From: a virus
Lineage: Duplodnaviria; Caudoviricetes
Direction: 5' to 3' (one strand)
Virus record (IMG/VR): IMGVR_UViG_3300046786_000301
Location: 1 to 50,403 of that record
DNA: 50,403 nt
Position 1 is the first letter of the stretch; each line of letters starts with the position of its first letter. Shown one piece after another: positions 19,917-28,307 of the stretch. The notes beneath the pieces were generated by a model. That model made no database searches, was not told the DNA's origin, and worked only from the letters and a program-made list of their open reading frames with translations. The position numbers and the translations under genes are program-made.

Positions 19917-20690
19917 TTAACTACGTTCCTTGACGGCCTTAAGGGCAGCAAGGTATTTTTCTTTGGTAAGGGTGCCACTACGGACCAGCGTACCCATAAC
20001 GGTACGCTCTTGTTCTGTTAGAGAGCCTTCGATGCTTACACTACGTTGCCCACCACCAGAAGCTCCTGAATTAACAGGAGCTGCATTTTCCTTATTTGAA
20101 TTAACAAACTTGCTAGGAAATTCCTTCTTCACAGCTTGTGCGACTTGCTTGAGTACATCGGCAGGTGGAATACCCCTAGCTGCTAGTTCAGTGCCAAAGT
20201 CATCAGCAAACTTACGCATATAGCTTGTGGACTCATACCACCTATTCTGGTTCTTCCAGGCAGTGAACTCTGGATGTTCAGAAGCTTCTTGAACAATTGG
20301 ACTATCCTTAACTGCCTTGATAGATTCTACTTGCTTTTCAACAACCTTGATTTCATCATCAAGTTGGTCAAAGCGATCACCGTCTCCATTTGATAGAGCG
20401 TCTTTGCGCTCCTTCTTTAGAGTTGACAATGCTCGCTCAAACTCTGATTCACGTACAGTGGTATAGTGGATTTTAAGAGCTTCTAGAGCCTTTCTAACCT
20501 CTTTAATCTCACGACTTTGGTGAGAAATCTTGTCGAACAGGGGCTGTCTACGGACAAATTCTTTGGCATCAATAAACTCTGTCTCATCACCATCAAATTC
20601 GTCCTTAGGACGCCAGCCCATCTCTAGGGCCTTTTGTTCAATCTCTGATACTTGAGAAACCTCTTGTTCTGTCTTAAGTTCTTCACTCAT
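19917..20690 (-). CDS. putative scaffolding protein (257 aa)
   Basis: A..MGWRPK.EF...F.DA.EFV motif, acidic coiled coil, position. Confidence 0.7.
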   Translation of the reverse strand: MSEELKTEQEVSQVSEIEQKALEMGWRPKDEFDGDETEFIDAKEFVRRQPLFDKISHQSREIKEVRKALEALKIHYTTVRESEFERALSTLKKERKDALSNGDGDRFDQLDDEIKVVEKQVESIKAVKDSPIVQEASEHPEFTAWKNQNRWYESTSYMRKFADDFGTELAARGIPPADVLKQVAQAVKKEFPSKFVNSNKENAAPVNSGASGGGQRSVSIEGSLTEQERTVMGTLVRSGTLTKEKYLAALKAVKERS

Positions 20691-21009
20691 TTACATCTCC
20701 AAATACACAAATAATGTCTTCATCATTGATTACTAGGTAAACCTCGTCATCAAGTGGGTCTTGTACAAACTTACCACCAAACTTAGCAAAACCAATGGTG
20801 TTGCCTATTTTAACACTTCCTAAATAGTCTTCATGACACTTAGGACCAATCTGTAATACTACGCCTTTATCCACATTAATCTGTTCTTTACGTTCAGATG
20901 TTTCAGTGAGGATAATGCCAGCTCGTTGAGCAGAGGCAAACACCTTATCATGTTCCTGAATCTTATGTGGCTTAATTAGGATTCTACATCCTGTTACAGT
21001 AACACTCAT
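20683..21009 (-). CDS. GroES-like co-chaperonin
   Basis: RILIKP...GIIL...G.VLQIGP...VKIG..I.F.KFGG...YLVINDEDI cpn10 signature. Confidence 0.85.
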   Translation of the reverse strand: MSVTVTGCRILIKPHKIQEHDKVFASAQRAGIILTETSERKEQINVDKGVVLQIGPKCHEDYLGSVKIGNTIGFAKFGGKFVQDPLDDEVYLVINDEDIICVFGDVNE

Positions 21010-21203
21010 AGTTCCTCCTCAAAGGAAATTTCTAAAATGTCTCGTAGTGCTTGAACATATCCCTGTCGATATTTAAGTCCATCTGAGTCTGTAGATGTAA
21101 GTTCCTCCTTAACATCTTCCACTCGTTGGTGTACTTCCTTCTTGAAATACCTAGTTACTTGGTTTTCGTTCCACTCTTGGAACTCTGTGCGTGTGATGAT
21201 GAT
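21006..21203 (-). CDS. small protein between portal and GroES (65 aa), ATC start; missed by the ORF track
   Basis: AAGGAG followed by ATC ATC ATC ACA CGC; reads (M)IITRTEFQEWNENQVTRYF...YRQGYVQALRDILEISFEEEL; its stop overlaps the GroES ATG (ATGA). Confidence 0.75.
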   Translation of the reverse strand: MIITRTEFQEWNENQVTRYFKKEVHQRVEDVKEELTSTDSDGLKYRQGYVQALRDILEISFEEEL

Positions 21204-23203
21204 TGAGTCTCCTTAGACTGCGCTAGTTTCTGTGCATGACTTTCAGCCTTATGCTGTAGGTCTTGCTGTTGTTTTGCTACTGCACTTGCAAGGAACACAT
21301 GGTTCATAGCAAGATCAGAAGCGGCCTTAACCGTTGCACTATGCTCAGCTTCCTGCATCTTCTGGGCATGGTCTTGAGCTTTCATAGCCATTTGTACCTG
21401 AGCATCACGACCTTTTAGCTCCATGTCTTGCTGCTTAGCAGCAGCGTCCATCTGGGCTTTTTGTTGGTCTAGCTGGGCCTTCTGTTGAATGGCCATAAGT
21501 TTGGGATCGGGAGCTGGTTCTGGGGCTTGACCTGTCTGAGCTACCTGAGGTGCTAATAGTTTTTCCCAATTTGGCTGTTCTTGTGCTTCTAGGATACGAG
21601 AAACAACCTCTACTGGATTTAATAAAGGTCCAAAGGCTTGGAGAAGTTCTCCAAGGCCCATAGCTTTTTGTAACTTCTCTTGATTAGATACTGCATTAGG
21701 ATCAGCACCTGGAAAAATATCAAACTTTGAGCCATCAAAGTCACTTGGATCAACTGTCTCATCCAAAACTTCTACATATTTATTCGGGTCAAGATATAGT
21801 TTATTTAGATTAAATATCTTTAAGAACTCCTCATCCAAACTACGGAAAATACGCTTATAAACCGCAGTAAAGACCTTCATTCCCTGCTCAACTGTAGCCA
21901 TCGTAGTAGTTGCTGGGGTATTTTGCCCAGGCATCTTTCCAGTAAAGATTTCAGCTACGCTGGCAAGCTCCTTTCCAGAGGTAATTAGACTACCCATAAG
22001 TTGGAAAAGTACACTACTAGGTTCTTTTGCTGGCAGAGGAATAATTTGTTTTCGTAAATCATCTCCAGTAGCATTAACTGGCTTCCATTCCCCAGGAACA
22101 AAAGATGCTCCACCCATCTTAATCTTCAGAGCCTTACCAATAAAACCGCTTTGTAGATTATTTAGGCTACCAGAATCAATCATTTGGTTAATAAGACTAT
22201 TGACAGCCTCATTAATAGGGCCTAAGAGTACACCAAAACCAATATCATAGAAGCTACCATCAGGGTTTGGTACAAAACCAAACTTGGTATACATATTAAT
22301 AGGTTTAATTTTAGCTACTGACTTCTCATCAGAGGTTAAAACCACATCTTCAACAGTATGTCTACGGTAGATAGACAAAACTTTACCTGATTCTAACTCA
22401 AAAGTTACAATAACTGGAGCTGGGTAATCATTTTCCTTATCTCCATTTAGGGATAGGTAGGTATGCTGTTCAATAAGTGTATAAGGAACTGTTTCATCAT
22501 TCGCAGTATAGCCTTGACTGTCTTCACGAGGAATTGGATCGCCGAGTTCAACATCCTTGAAAATCCCCAACGAAATATTTTCTCGCAAGACTCGCTTGCT
22601 CATTTCAATAACTTCGGAGGTTCTGTCAGACTTGTCTAGTGTCTTAGTCCAGTAGTTTACTACAAAGTTTTTAGGTAGTATAAACTTGGAACAAATCTTA
22701 TCCTCATTCCGATCATACCATGTCTTCTTGAATACACAGCCAACAATTGGAAGCATGGACAGCATCTTGTCCATATCTTCTTCCCAGCCATCCATCTCTT
22801 CGAGAAGTTGATAGGACATGAACTTGGCAATGCGCTGGCTCTTAGCAAACTTAGAACCATCTGGGTCTTTGCCTATAATTTTAGCATTTACAATTTTACC
22901 ATTAGAAGGGACTAGACTAGGATAGGCACGAGCATTGAACTGCATTGCGGCAGTTGTCAACAGGGGGTATTTAACATTAGCGGCATTAGGCCACGGGAAG
23001 CTTTTGGTTTCTCTATGCTGGTTAGCAAGTTTAACCCAATCCTCTAGAGCACTTTCCCAATCACTGCGACTGTCTAAGTCAATCTCAAAGCCCTGCTTAC
23101 AGTCGTTACCAATCTTGTTAAGCTCATCTTCAGAAAGCTTGTCTGCATAGTTGACTCGAAGAAAGTTAATGTCCTGTGCAGACTCAGTATCCTGTAATGG
23201 CAC
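21155..23203 (-). CDS. portal protein (P22-like, Q-rich C-terminal barrel)
   Basis: FPWPNAANVKYPLL, G.VFKK, FYDIGFG, PGEWK, ATTTMA..EQG motifs; follows TerL. Start uncertain: GTG 23203 preferred over the track's 23287. Confidence 0.88.
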   Translation of the reverse strand: MPLQDTESAQDINFLRVNYADKLSEDELNKIGNDCKQGFEIDLDSRSDWESALEDWVKLANQHRETKSFPWPNAANVKYPLLTTAAMQFNARAYPSLVPSNGKIVNAKIIGKDPDGSKFAKSQRIAKFMSYQLLEEMDGWEEDMDKMLSMLPIVGCVFKKTWYDRNEDKICSKFILPKNFVVNYWTKTLDKSDRTSEVIEMSKRVLRENISLGIFKDVELGDPIPREDSQGYTANDETVPYTLIEQHTYLSLNGDKENDYPAPVIVTFELESGKVLSIYRRHTVEDVVLTSDEKSVAKIKPINMYTKFGFVPNPDGSFYDIGFGVLLGPINEAVNSLINQMIDSGSLNNLQSGFIGKALKIKMGGASFVPGEWKPVNATGDDLRKQIIPLPAKEPSSVLFQLMGSLITSGKELASVAEIFTGKMPGQNTPATTTMATVEQGMKVFTAVYKRIFRSLDEEFLKIFNLNKLYLDPNKYVEVLDETVDPSDFDGSKFDIFPGADPNAVSNQEKLQKAMGLGELLQAFGPLLNPVEVVSRILEAQEQPNWEKLLAPQVAQTGQAPEPAPDPKLMAIQQKAQLDQQKAQMDAAAKQQDMELKGRDAQVQMAMKAQDHAQKMQEAEHSATVKAASDLAMNHVFLASAVAKQQQDLQHKAESHAQKLAQSKETQSSSHAQSSKSGTKTK

Positions 23204-24671
23204 TGCGTCCTGAGTTGGCACCACCTGAGGATTCGAGTTCAAATTCATATTCATCTTCATCCATTTCTTGTTTAGTAGGGGCCTCAATCATTCGGTCTAA
23301 TAGTAGTCCAAGATAAGCAAAAGCATCCACTTGGTCATCATGCTTTCCACGAGGGAAAGTCAGACATTCATCCTCAAAGGTAGCATACCAATCAGCTTCC
23401 TTATCAAAACGTACACCATGGGCACGCATACGAGCCTGCATTACACGGGCTCTTGTTATCTTATCTTTACCCGCAGGCTTTAGCTTTTCAATAGACGGGA
23501 AGATGTTGGAGCTTAGCATCTCTTCCCGTAGGAAAGGACCAATGGCCTTAGATACTTGCATCTCTTCAATACCAAAAGCTTCTGGCTTATAATGTTGTTC
23601 TAGAGCTAAGATGGTGTCTACAATTTCTCTACCATCCAACCGTTCCCTAATAACATCCTTGATGTAAATGAGTTTGTTCTCATCCACAGCCGCCACTACG
23701 AAAGCGGAAAAGTCAGCCGTTTCCTCTTGCGAGATGGCTAAGTCCGCAGTAATGTAATAGCGTAAAGCACCACTGTTCTTTGGATCAGGAAGGAAATCTA
23801 CCTTCTTGAAAAAACTCATCCCCTCATCAATTGGGATGTTTAGATATTCCATAGAGTAAACGTCTGGGATACCTTGAGAGATATAGTCGTTTCTTAGGTC
23901 TACAAAGTAGGCTTTATCAAATCTATTGGCCCATAGTATCTTTGTGAAGTCACTGTTGTGGGCTCTATATTTATAACTCTTCCAGGCTCTGCGCTTGGTA
24001 GTCCATTGCTTGAGTTCCTCTGTGATGGTTCCCTTTTCGTATGGCTTTGGCATCACAGATTCCAGCATTGAATCACTATGAAGAATGGTTCCTACATAAC
24101 GTACAATTCCATTGATAGACCTACAAGGTAGGAGAGCGCCCATGAACCAACGCCTAAACTTAGCACGCCGATCCTTATTCATTACAATTTCATCGTTCTC
24201 AAGGTCATCACAGATAATGAGATCAGGACGCTTGTTATTCCATTTAAGACCACGAACCTTCTGCTCAGAACCCTTGGCCTGAATACGGAACATATGCCCA
24301 TCTTCACAGACTACAATTACATCATCCTCGGAGTCCTTGATGAAATCTTTAATCTTGAATAGGGTGCGTAGTTGGTCATTGTCTGAGAACTCCTTCTTCA
24401 TGTCTCCTAGAAACTGTACAGCCTGGGCCACAGTGTCGGAGACAATGATGGCATAGCTACGTTCTCTGAAACAGAGTTGAGCCATGGTCCATCCAAAAGT
24501 GAGAGCTGTACTTTTTGCATGTCCCCGAGGAGCTGCAATGGCTACTAGAGGGTGTCTATCGCAGAAATGTTTCCACCACTCGTAATGACATTCTGGACTC
24601 TCTACAGCAGCATCGAAGTTCTTTTGAAGAAGGCTGCTTACGAATCCTTGTACTGTGTCTGCGGTTATCAA
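23184..24671 (-). CDS. terL: terminase large subunit
   Basis: APRGHAKST Walker A, RPDLIICDDLE Walker B, GTILH, ADLA, FPRGKHDDQVDA nuclease motifs; TTG start. Confidence 0.95.
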   Translation of the reverse strand: MITADTVQGFVSSLLQKNFDAAVESPECHYEWWKHFCDRHPLVAIAAPRGHAKSTALTFGWTMAQLCFRERSYAIIVSDTVAQAVQFLGDMKKEFSDNDQLRTLFKIKDFIKDSEDDVIVVCEDGHMFRIQAKGSEQKVRGLKWNNKRPDLIICDDLENDEIVMNKDRRAKFRRWFMGALLPCRSINGIVRYVGTILHSDSMLESVMPKPYEKGTITEELKQWTTKRRAWKSYKYRAHNSDFTKILWANRFDKAYFVDLRNDYISQGIPDVYSMEYLNIPIDEGMSFFKKVDFLPDPKNSGALRYYITADLAISQEETADFSAFVVAAVDENKLIYIKDVIRERLDGREIVDTILALEQHYKPEAFGIEEMQVSKAIGPFLREEMLSSNIFPSIEKLKPAGKDKITRARVMQARMRAHGVRFDKEADWYATFEDECLTFPRGKHDDQVDAFAYLGLLLDRMIEAPTKQEMDEDEYEFELESSGGANSGRSAITGY

Positions 24672-25102
24672 CTAGCTGTGCCTTGCTTCTTATCATAGGA
24701 CCGCATGGTGCCTAGACCAAGTAGCCCGAACAAAAGTTGCATGGTAATGGTGGTATCTAGGACAGGGAAGGTTCCTGTATAGTGAAATCCTACTGCTGCA
24801 ACAAACTTAGCCATAGGCTCCAGAATTGCAGCATATGCCAGCCCAACGCCACCAACCCAACCAACGAAAGGCCTCCAGCCGCTAACGAAAGTAGATGAAT
24901 TTCCTGCCTCAACTGCGTTAACTCCAATTTGAGCCTTAGCCAAATCCGTGTTAGCAGCGAGCTGAGCGAGTTCACCAGATTGTTGAAGTTTAAATAGTTC
25001 AATTTTAGCTTCTTGTGCTTTCTGTGGATCAGGGAATAGCTTGTCTACAACCTTGGTACCAAAGTCAAAAAGAGCACCAAATCCTGTAATGTCTAGTCCC
25101 AT
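24668..25102 (-). CDS. holin of 3TM (GTA-holin-like) family
   Basis: DKLFPDP, N..EA...F.SGWRPF.GW, LLGLG.MRSYDK signature. Confidence 0.8.
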   Translation of the reverse strand: MGLDITGFGALFDFGTKVVDKLFPDPQKAQEAKIELFKLQQSGELAQLAANTDLAKAQIGVNAVEAGNSSTFVSGWRPFVGWVGGVGLAYAAILEPMAKFVAAVGFHYTGTFPVLDTTITMQLLFGLLGLGTMRSYDKKQGTAS

Positions 25103-25103
25103 G

Positions 25104-25406
25104 TTACTTCCTTTTTCGGGTAGCCCCGTCATTACGTTTCAAAGAACCATCCCGGTTCCGAGAGAAGGAGTCATTTTGTCGTTCTGGAACAACCCGTAGG
25201 TTGCTGCGGCTTGTAGGAGCGCCGCCCTTGGATAAAGGAGTAATGTGGTCTACAGCCTTACCATCACCCTTATGAACCAGCCCCTTCTTCTCCATTAAAG
25301 CCCTCGCCTTGTTCTGCAAGGCCCTCTTTTTCTTCACAGCCGGCTTCGAGGTATAGAGTGCTACTTCCCTCTTGTAGTCCCTCTTCCCGTTCTTCATAAA
25401 TGGCAT
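25104..25406 (-). CDS. packaging-associated HNH endonuclease (100 aa)
   Basis: GDGKAVDHITPLSKGG...SNLRV...N; located between TerS and TerL. Confidence 0.85.
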   Translation of the reverse strand: MPFMKNGKRDYKREVALYTSKPAVKKKRALQNKARALMEKKGLVHKGDGKAVDHITPLSKGGAPTSRSNLRVVPERQNDSFSRNRDGSLKRNDGATRKRK

Positions 25407-25965
25407 CGTGTTCTCCGTCCGATAGGACTACCGCCTCTTCAACAGGGCCGGTGTTACGTTTATTGAACTTAGCAAACTCATCAGCGAGTAGCTTAAGCTG
25501 GTCGGCAACAGAGGCTGTCGCTATGCTGGTTGTATTTTCAGAAGACTCTTTGTGCAGAGCTACCTGTCGTGTCATTAGGTCAGAAGCTGTCCTGGTAGCA
25601 TCCCGCAAAGATACAGGCTTTCTCACCACTTCTCCAGACTTTTGGTTAAAAACGAAGTCTCCAAACTCTAGTCTATCTTGTACCATGGACAGGGAGGTAT
25701 CTACAATCTTAGATAACTTATTATCCACCTGTAGGATACGAGAGGCTTTGATTTCTGCTTCCAGTTCATACCACCAAGGGGCGGTACGCCACTCTCTTAT
25801 CAGACCATAAGACACTCCTGTAAGCTCAGACACAAGTCTGAGGTTTCCTAGAGCTAGATATTTGGTAACACATTCAATGCGTTTTTCAACAGGAAATTTA
25901 TAACCAGGCTTATGAACGTGCTTTCTAGCACGCTGAATAGAGAGCTTTTTATCAGAAATATCCAT
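25270..25965 (-). CDS. putative terminase small subunit
   Basis: First late gene; N-terminal HTH (YLALGNLRLVSELTGVSY..IREW), WW, G..V.KPV motifs; 3' end overlaps the HNH gene by 137 nt. Confidence 0.65.
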   Translation of the reverse strand: MDISDKKLSIQRARKHVHKPGYKFPVEKRIECVTKYLALGNLRLVSELTGVSYGLIREWRTAPWWYELEAEIKASRILQVDNKLSKIVDTSLSMVQDRLEFGDFVFNQKSGEVVRKPVSLRDATRTASDLMTRQVALHKESSENTTSIATASVADQLKLLADEFAKFNKRNTGPVEEAVVLSDGEHDAIYEEREEGLQEGSSTLYLEAGCEEKEGLAEQGEGFNGEEGAGS

Positions 25966-26020
25966 AGAGTCCTTTCTAACAGGAATAAACTAAAGGGAAG
26001 CATAAGCTTCCTATAACTCT

Positions 26021-26049
26021 ATTATATCATAGAAATTTATAAAAGTCAA
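26021..26049 (-). promoter_or_regulatory. sigma70-type promoter for the late arm
   Basis: TTGACT-17-TATAAT with extended -10 TG. Confidence 0.85.
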
Positions 26050-26103
26050 GTGTTTTCTTTCTGATAGAGTAAAAATATATTTAACAGAAAGATTAAAAAG
26101 CTA

Positions 26104-26132
26104 TTGACAAAAACATAAAAGTATGATACCCT
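26104..26132 (+). promoter_or_regulatory. rightward promoter into the non-coding region
   Basis: TTGACA-17-TACCCT with extended TG; followed by an AT palindrome and a polypyrimidine tract. Confidence 0.5.
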
Positions 26133-26792
26133 AAATAATATTATATATTATTTATATTTCTTTCTTTTATTCTTTATTTCTTTTATCAACCTTTTCTTTC
26201 TTTCTTCTTTTCTTTCTTTAACTACACATAACTATGGGAGCAGCTCATGCTACTCTGCTGCGACCCGGTAATAGCCCTAGAACGCGTTTAAACACCACCA
26301 GAAGCTCCTAATAGGTCCTACCTGGTACCCATGTAGCCAAACACCTATTGAGGCACCTTCTAGAGCCTTTTATCCAACCCACCCCTAATGTAGAAAATTA
26401 TAGCAGCGATATAAAGTGCATTACCACATTATGGCTGCCACCAAGTTTTCCCCCCCACCCCCTCTAATAAAACCACACTCTGCCCTATGAAATTGTAGGC
26501 ATATGAAAGTTATCCACAGGCACCTAGGATGGGTGGGCCTGAATAGTGTTTTATCATATACAAGTAGCACCAAGGACTTGGAAGCCCTACCTGATAACAA
26601 TTCTCATCGCCTTTGCCTACACACATTGTTACTATTCTTCTCTTATTTGTCAGGTTGGTGTAAGGTAGGGGGAGCATAGTAGAGGCATTGAAGATCGAGG
26701 CCAGGTGAGAAGCTAGCCGCGTGGTGGTGGGTTCCTGGGCCCCTGGGTTTTCATAGGGGGATGTTCTCCCGCTGTAGGTAAAAGCCCATTGT

Positions 26793-26821
26793 TTGACTCA
26801 ACTATTTAGTTGTGCTACAGT
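26793..26821 (+). promoter_or_regulatory. early promoter with palindromic spacer
   Basis: TTGACT-17-TACAGT with extended TG; spacer contains CAACTA-TT-TAGTTG. Confidence 0.65.
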
Positions 26822-26827
26822 GGCACC

Positions 26828-27190
26828 AAGGTTAGAAATAGCCCGCTCGCCAGCAGGACGTATGTCCGATGGCCGCCCCTTGGGGCGCTTTAACAACTTA
26901 CACGCCGTGCGAAGACCAACGAACGCAGCACGGCCCACTCTTAGTGGTTCGATTCCACACAGCCGCGCTCTATGGGTGGCTTCTACATTGGCATAGGGGG
27001 TGGCTAAAGTGTTCTGGTGCGGGTGGCCCTATTGGTATGGGCTGCCAACGGCCAGAATTTATCACCTGCCCGGGACGGGTCGGTGCTAGGGTAGGGATTA
27101 CCTTACCTGCGCAGCAGCGCGCTTAATGGGTTTGATGAATCTATTAAGGGCGCTTTTGCCCAAATAACGCAGCATTAAGCCGCTTAAGGA
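26828..27190 (+). ncRNA. long structured 5' leader / candidate ncRNA
   Basis: About 370 nt between the promoter and the first SD-bearing gene, with consecutive hairpins, a boxA-like CGCTTTAACAA and a T-loop-like GTGG-TTCGATT-CCAC. Confidence 0.45.
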
Positions 27191-27196
27191 AACATC

Positions 27197-27823
27197 ATGA
27201 AAGTAGCTACTCCCGCAAAGACCCATCCCATGGCTAACATCGCTGGAAGCGGTGCAGCCCCCATGGCCAAAGCTGTTGCCCTGCGCACTGGCAACACCGA
27301 CAATATTTCTGGCATGGTATGGGCACAAACTGCCATCGCCCTGTGCATGACGCAAGCCAGCGCATGGACGACGCTGGCGCATGAGCTGTTTACCATGAAC
27401 ATCGAACAGCGTGAAGCGGCCATCAAGGCTTGGCGTCAGTGGAAGTCGGACAAGACCAAGGCCTTTAAGTCTGGAGAGCAACAGACTCCGCGTATGGATG
27501 AAAAGGACTTCAAGCGAATTATGGGCACAGCCACTGTGCGCCTGTCACACATGACCAAGATCGCCGCCGCCATTACGGCTGGAATGGATGTGGAAGCGGT
27601 GGCACATCACTATCGCATCAAGGATGGCGCTGTGGCTGGCCTGTCGGTTGACTCACTGTATGCCGTGGCCTTGCTGTTTGTTAAATCAGAGGCAGGACGC
27701 ACTCCTGACAGTTTCCTTGTGAAGCTGGGCAAATTTTTGGAGGCAAGGGCAGAAACAGGCATCGCAGAATCTGATCTGGCGACCTATAACAAGGTGGTTG
27801 AATTCGTCAACACTCTTGCCTAA
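27197..27823 (+). CDS. early hypothetical protein (208 aa)
   Basis: AAGGA SD; first gene of the early arm. Confidence 0.8.
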   Translation: MKVATPAKTHPMANIAGSGAAPMAKAVALRTGNTDNISGMVWAQTAIALCMTQASAWTTLAHELFTMNIEQREAAIKAWRQWKSDKTKAFKSGEQQTPRMDEKDFKRIMGTATVRLSHMTKIAAAITAGMDVEAVAHHYRIKDGAVAGLSVDSLYAVALLFVKSEAGRTPDSFLVKLGKFLEARAETGIAESDLATYNKVVEFVNTLA

Positions 27824-27874
27824 CCGTGGCTAGAGAAGCAGACTAACCCTAAACTTTTTATATAGGTATCTATC

Positions 27875-28090
27875 ATGGGTGCTGTAAAAACTTTCCGTTG
27901 TCCTGCCATGCCTGTCACCGGTGCTCGCACTGTGCTTCCAACCCGTGTAAGGGTAGGCTGTGGTGAGCCCGGTCGAGAAATAGGAGCTGCAAGGCTCACT
28001 GATGCTGTGCTGGTGGTGACCCGCCTGAAAAGGTCTAGTCCACAAGGGACGAAGATCAACAAGCCCATGCCACCGGCATCCTTCATGTAA
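27875..28090 (+). CDS. small basic early protein (71 aa)
   Basis: AGGT SD, fits the gap. Confidence 0.5.
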   Translation: MGAVKTFRCPAMPVTGARTVLPTRVRVGCGEPGREIGAARLTDAVLVVTRLKRSSPQGTKINKPMPPASFM

Positions 28091-28106
28091 TCTTAAGGAG
28101 AACCCC

Positions 28107-28295
28107 ATGCAAGTCAACACCGCTTTCGCCCTGGCTTTCGTCGATGCCACCGTTAAGGACATTAACCAACGTGGAAGCAAAGCCTCTTGGGTGTCCCGTG
28201 CTGTGGTGGATAGGGTCATCCACACCAAGCTTGGCACTAAGACTGTTCCATCCACCGTTGTTCATGGTTCCAAGGGCGTCATGGTTCGTAAATAA
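28107..28295 (+). CDS. small early protein (62 aa)
   Basis: AAGGAG SD. Confidence 0.7.
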   Translation: MQVNTAFALAFVDATVKDINQRGSKASWVSRAVVDRVIHTKLGTKTVPSTVVHGSKGVMVRK

Positions 28296-28307
28296 TTTAG
28301 GAATGTC

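Noticed and set aside
23204-23287. Portal start at 23287 as given in the ORF track
   Set aside because: It would overlap TerL by over 100 nt; GTG 23203 with an upstream AGGA is more plausible.
26935-26970. tRNA gene suggested by GGTTCGATTCC
   Set aside because: Only a T-arm is present; no matching acceptor stem, D-arm or anticodon arm could be built.
26793-27126. ORFs 26793..26996 and 26869..27126
   Set aside because: The first begins in a -35 hexamer, neither has an SD, and the region is better explained as structured RNA.
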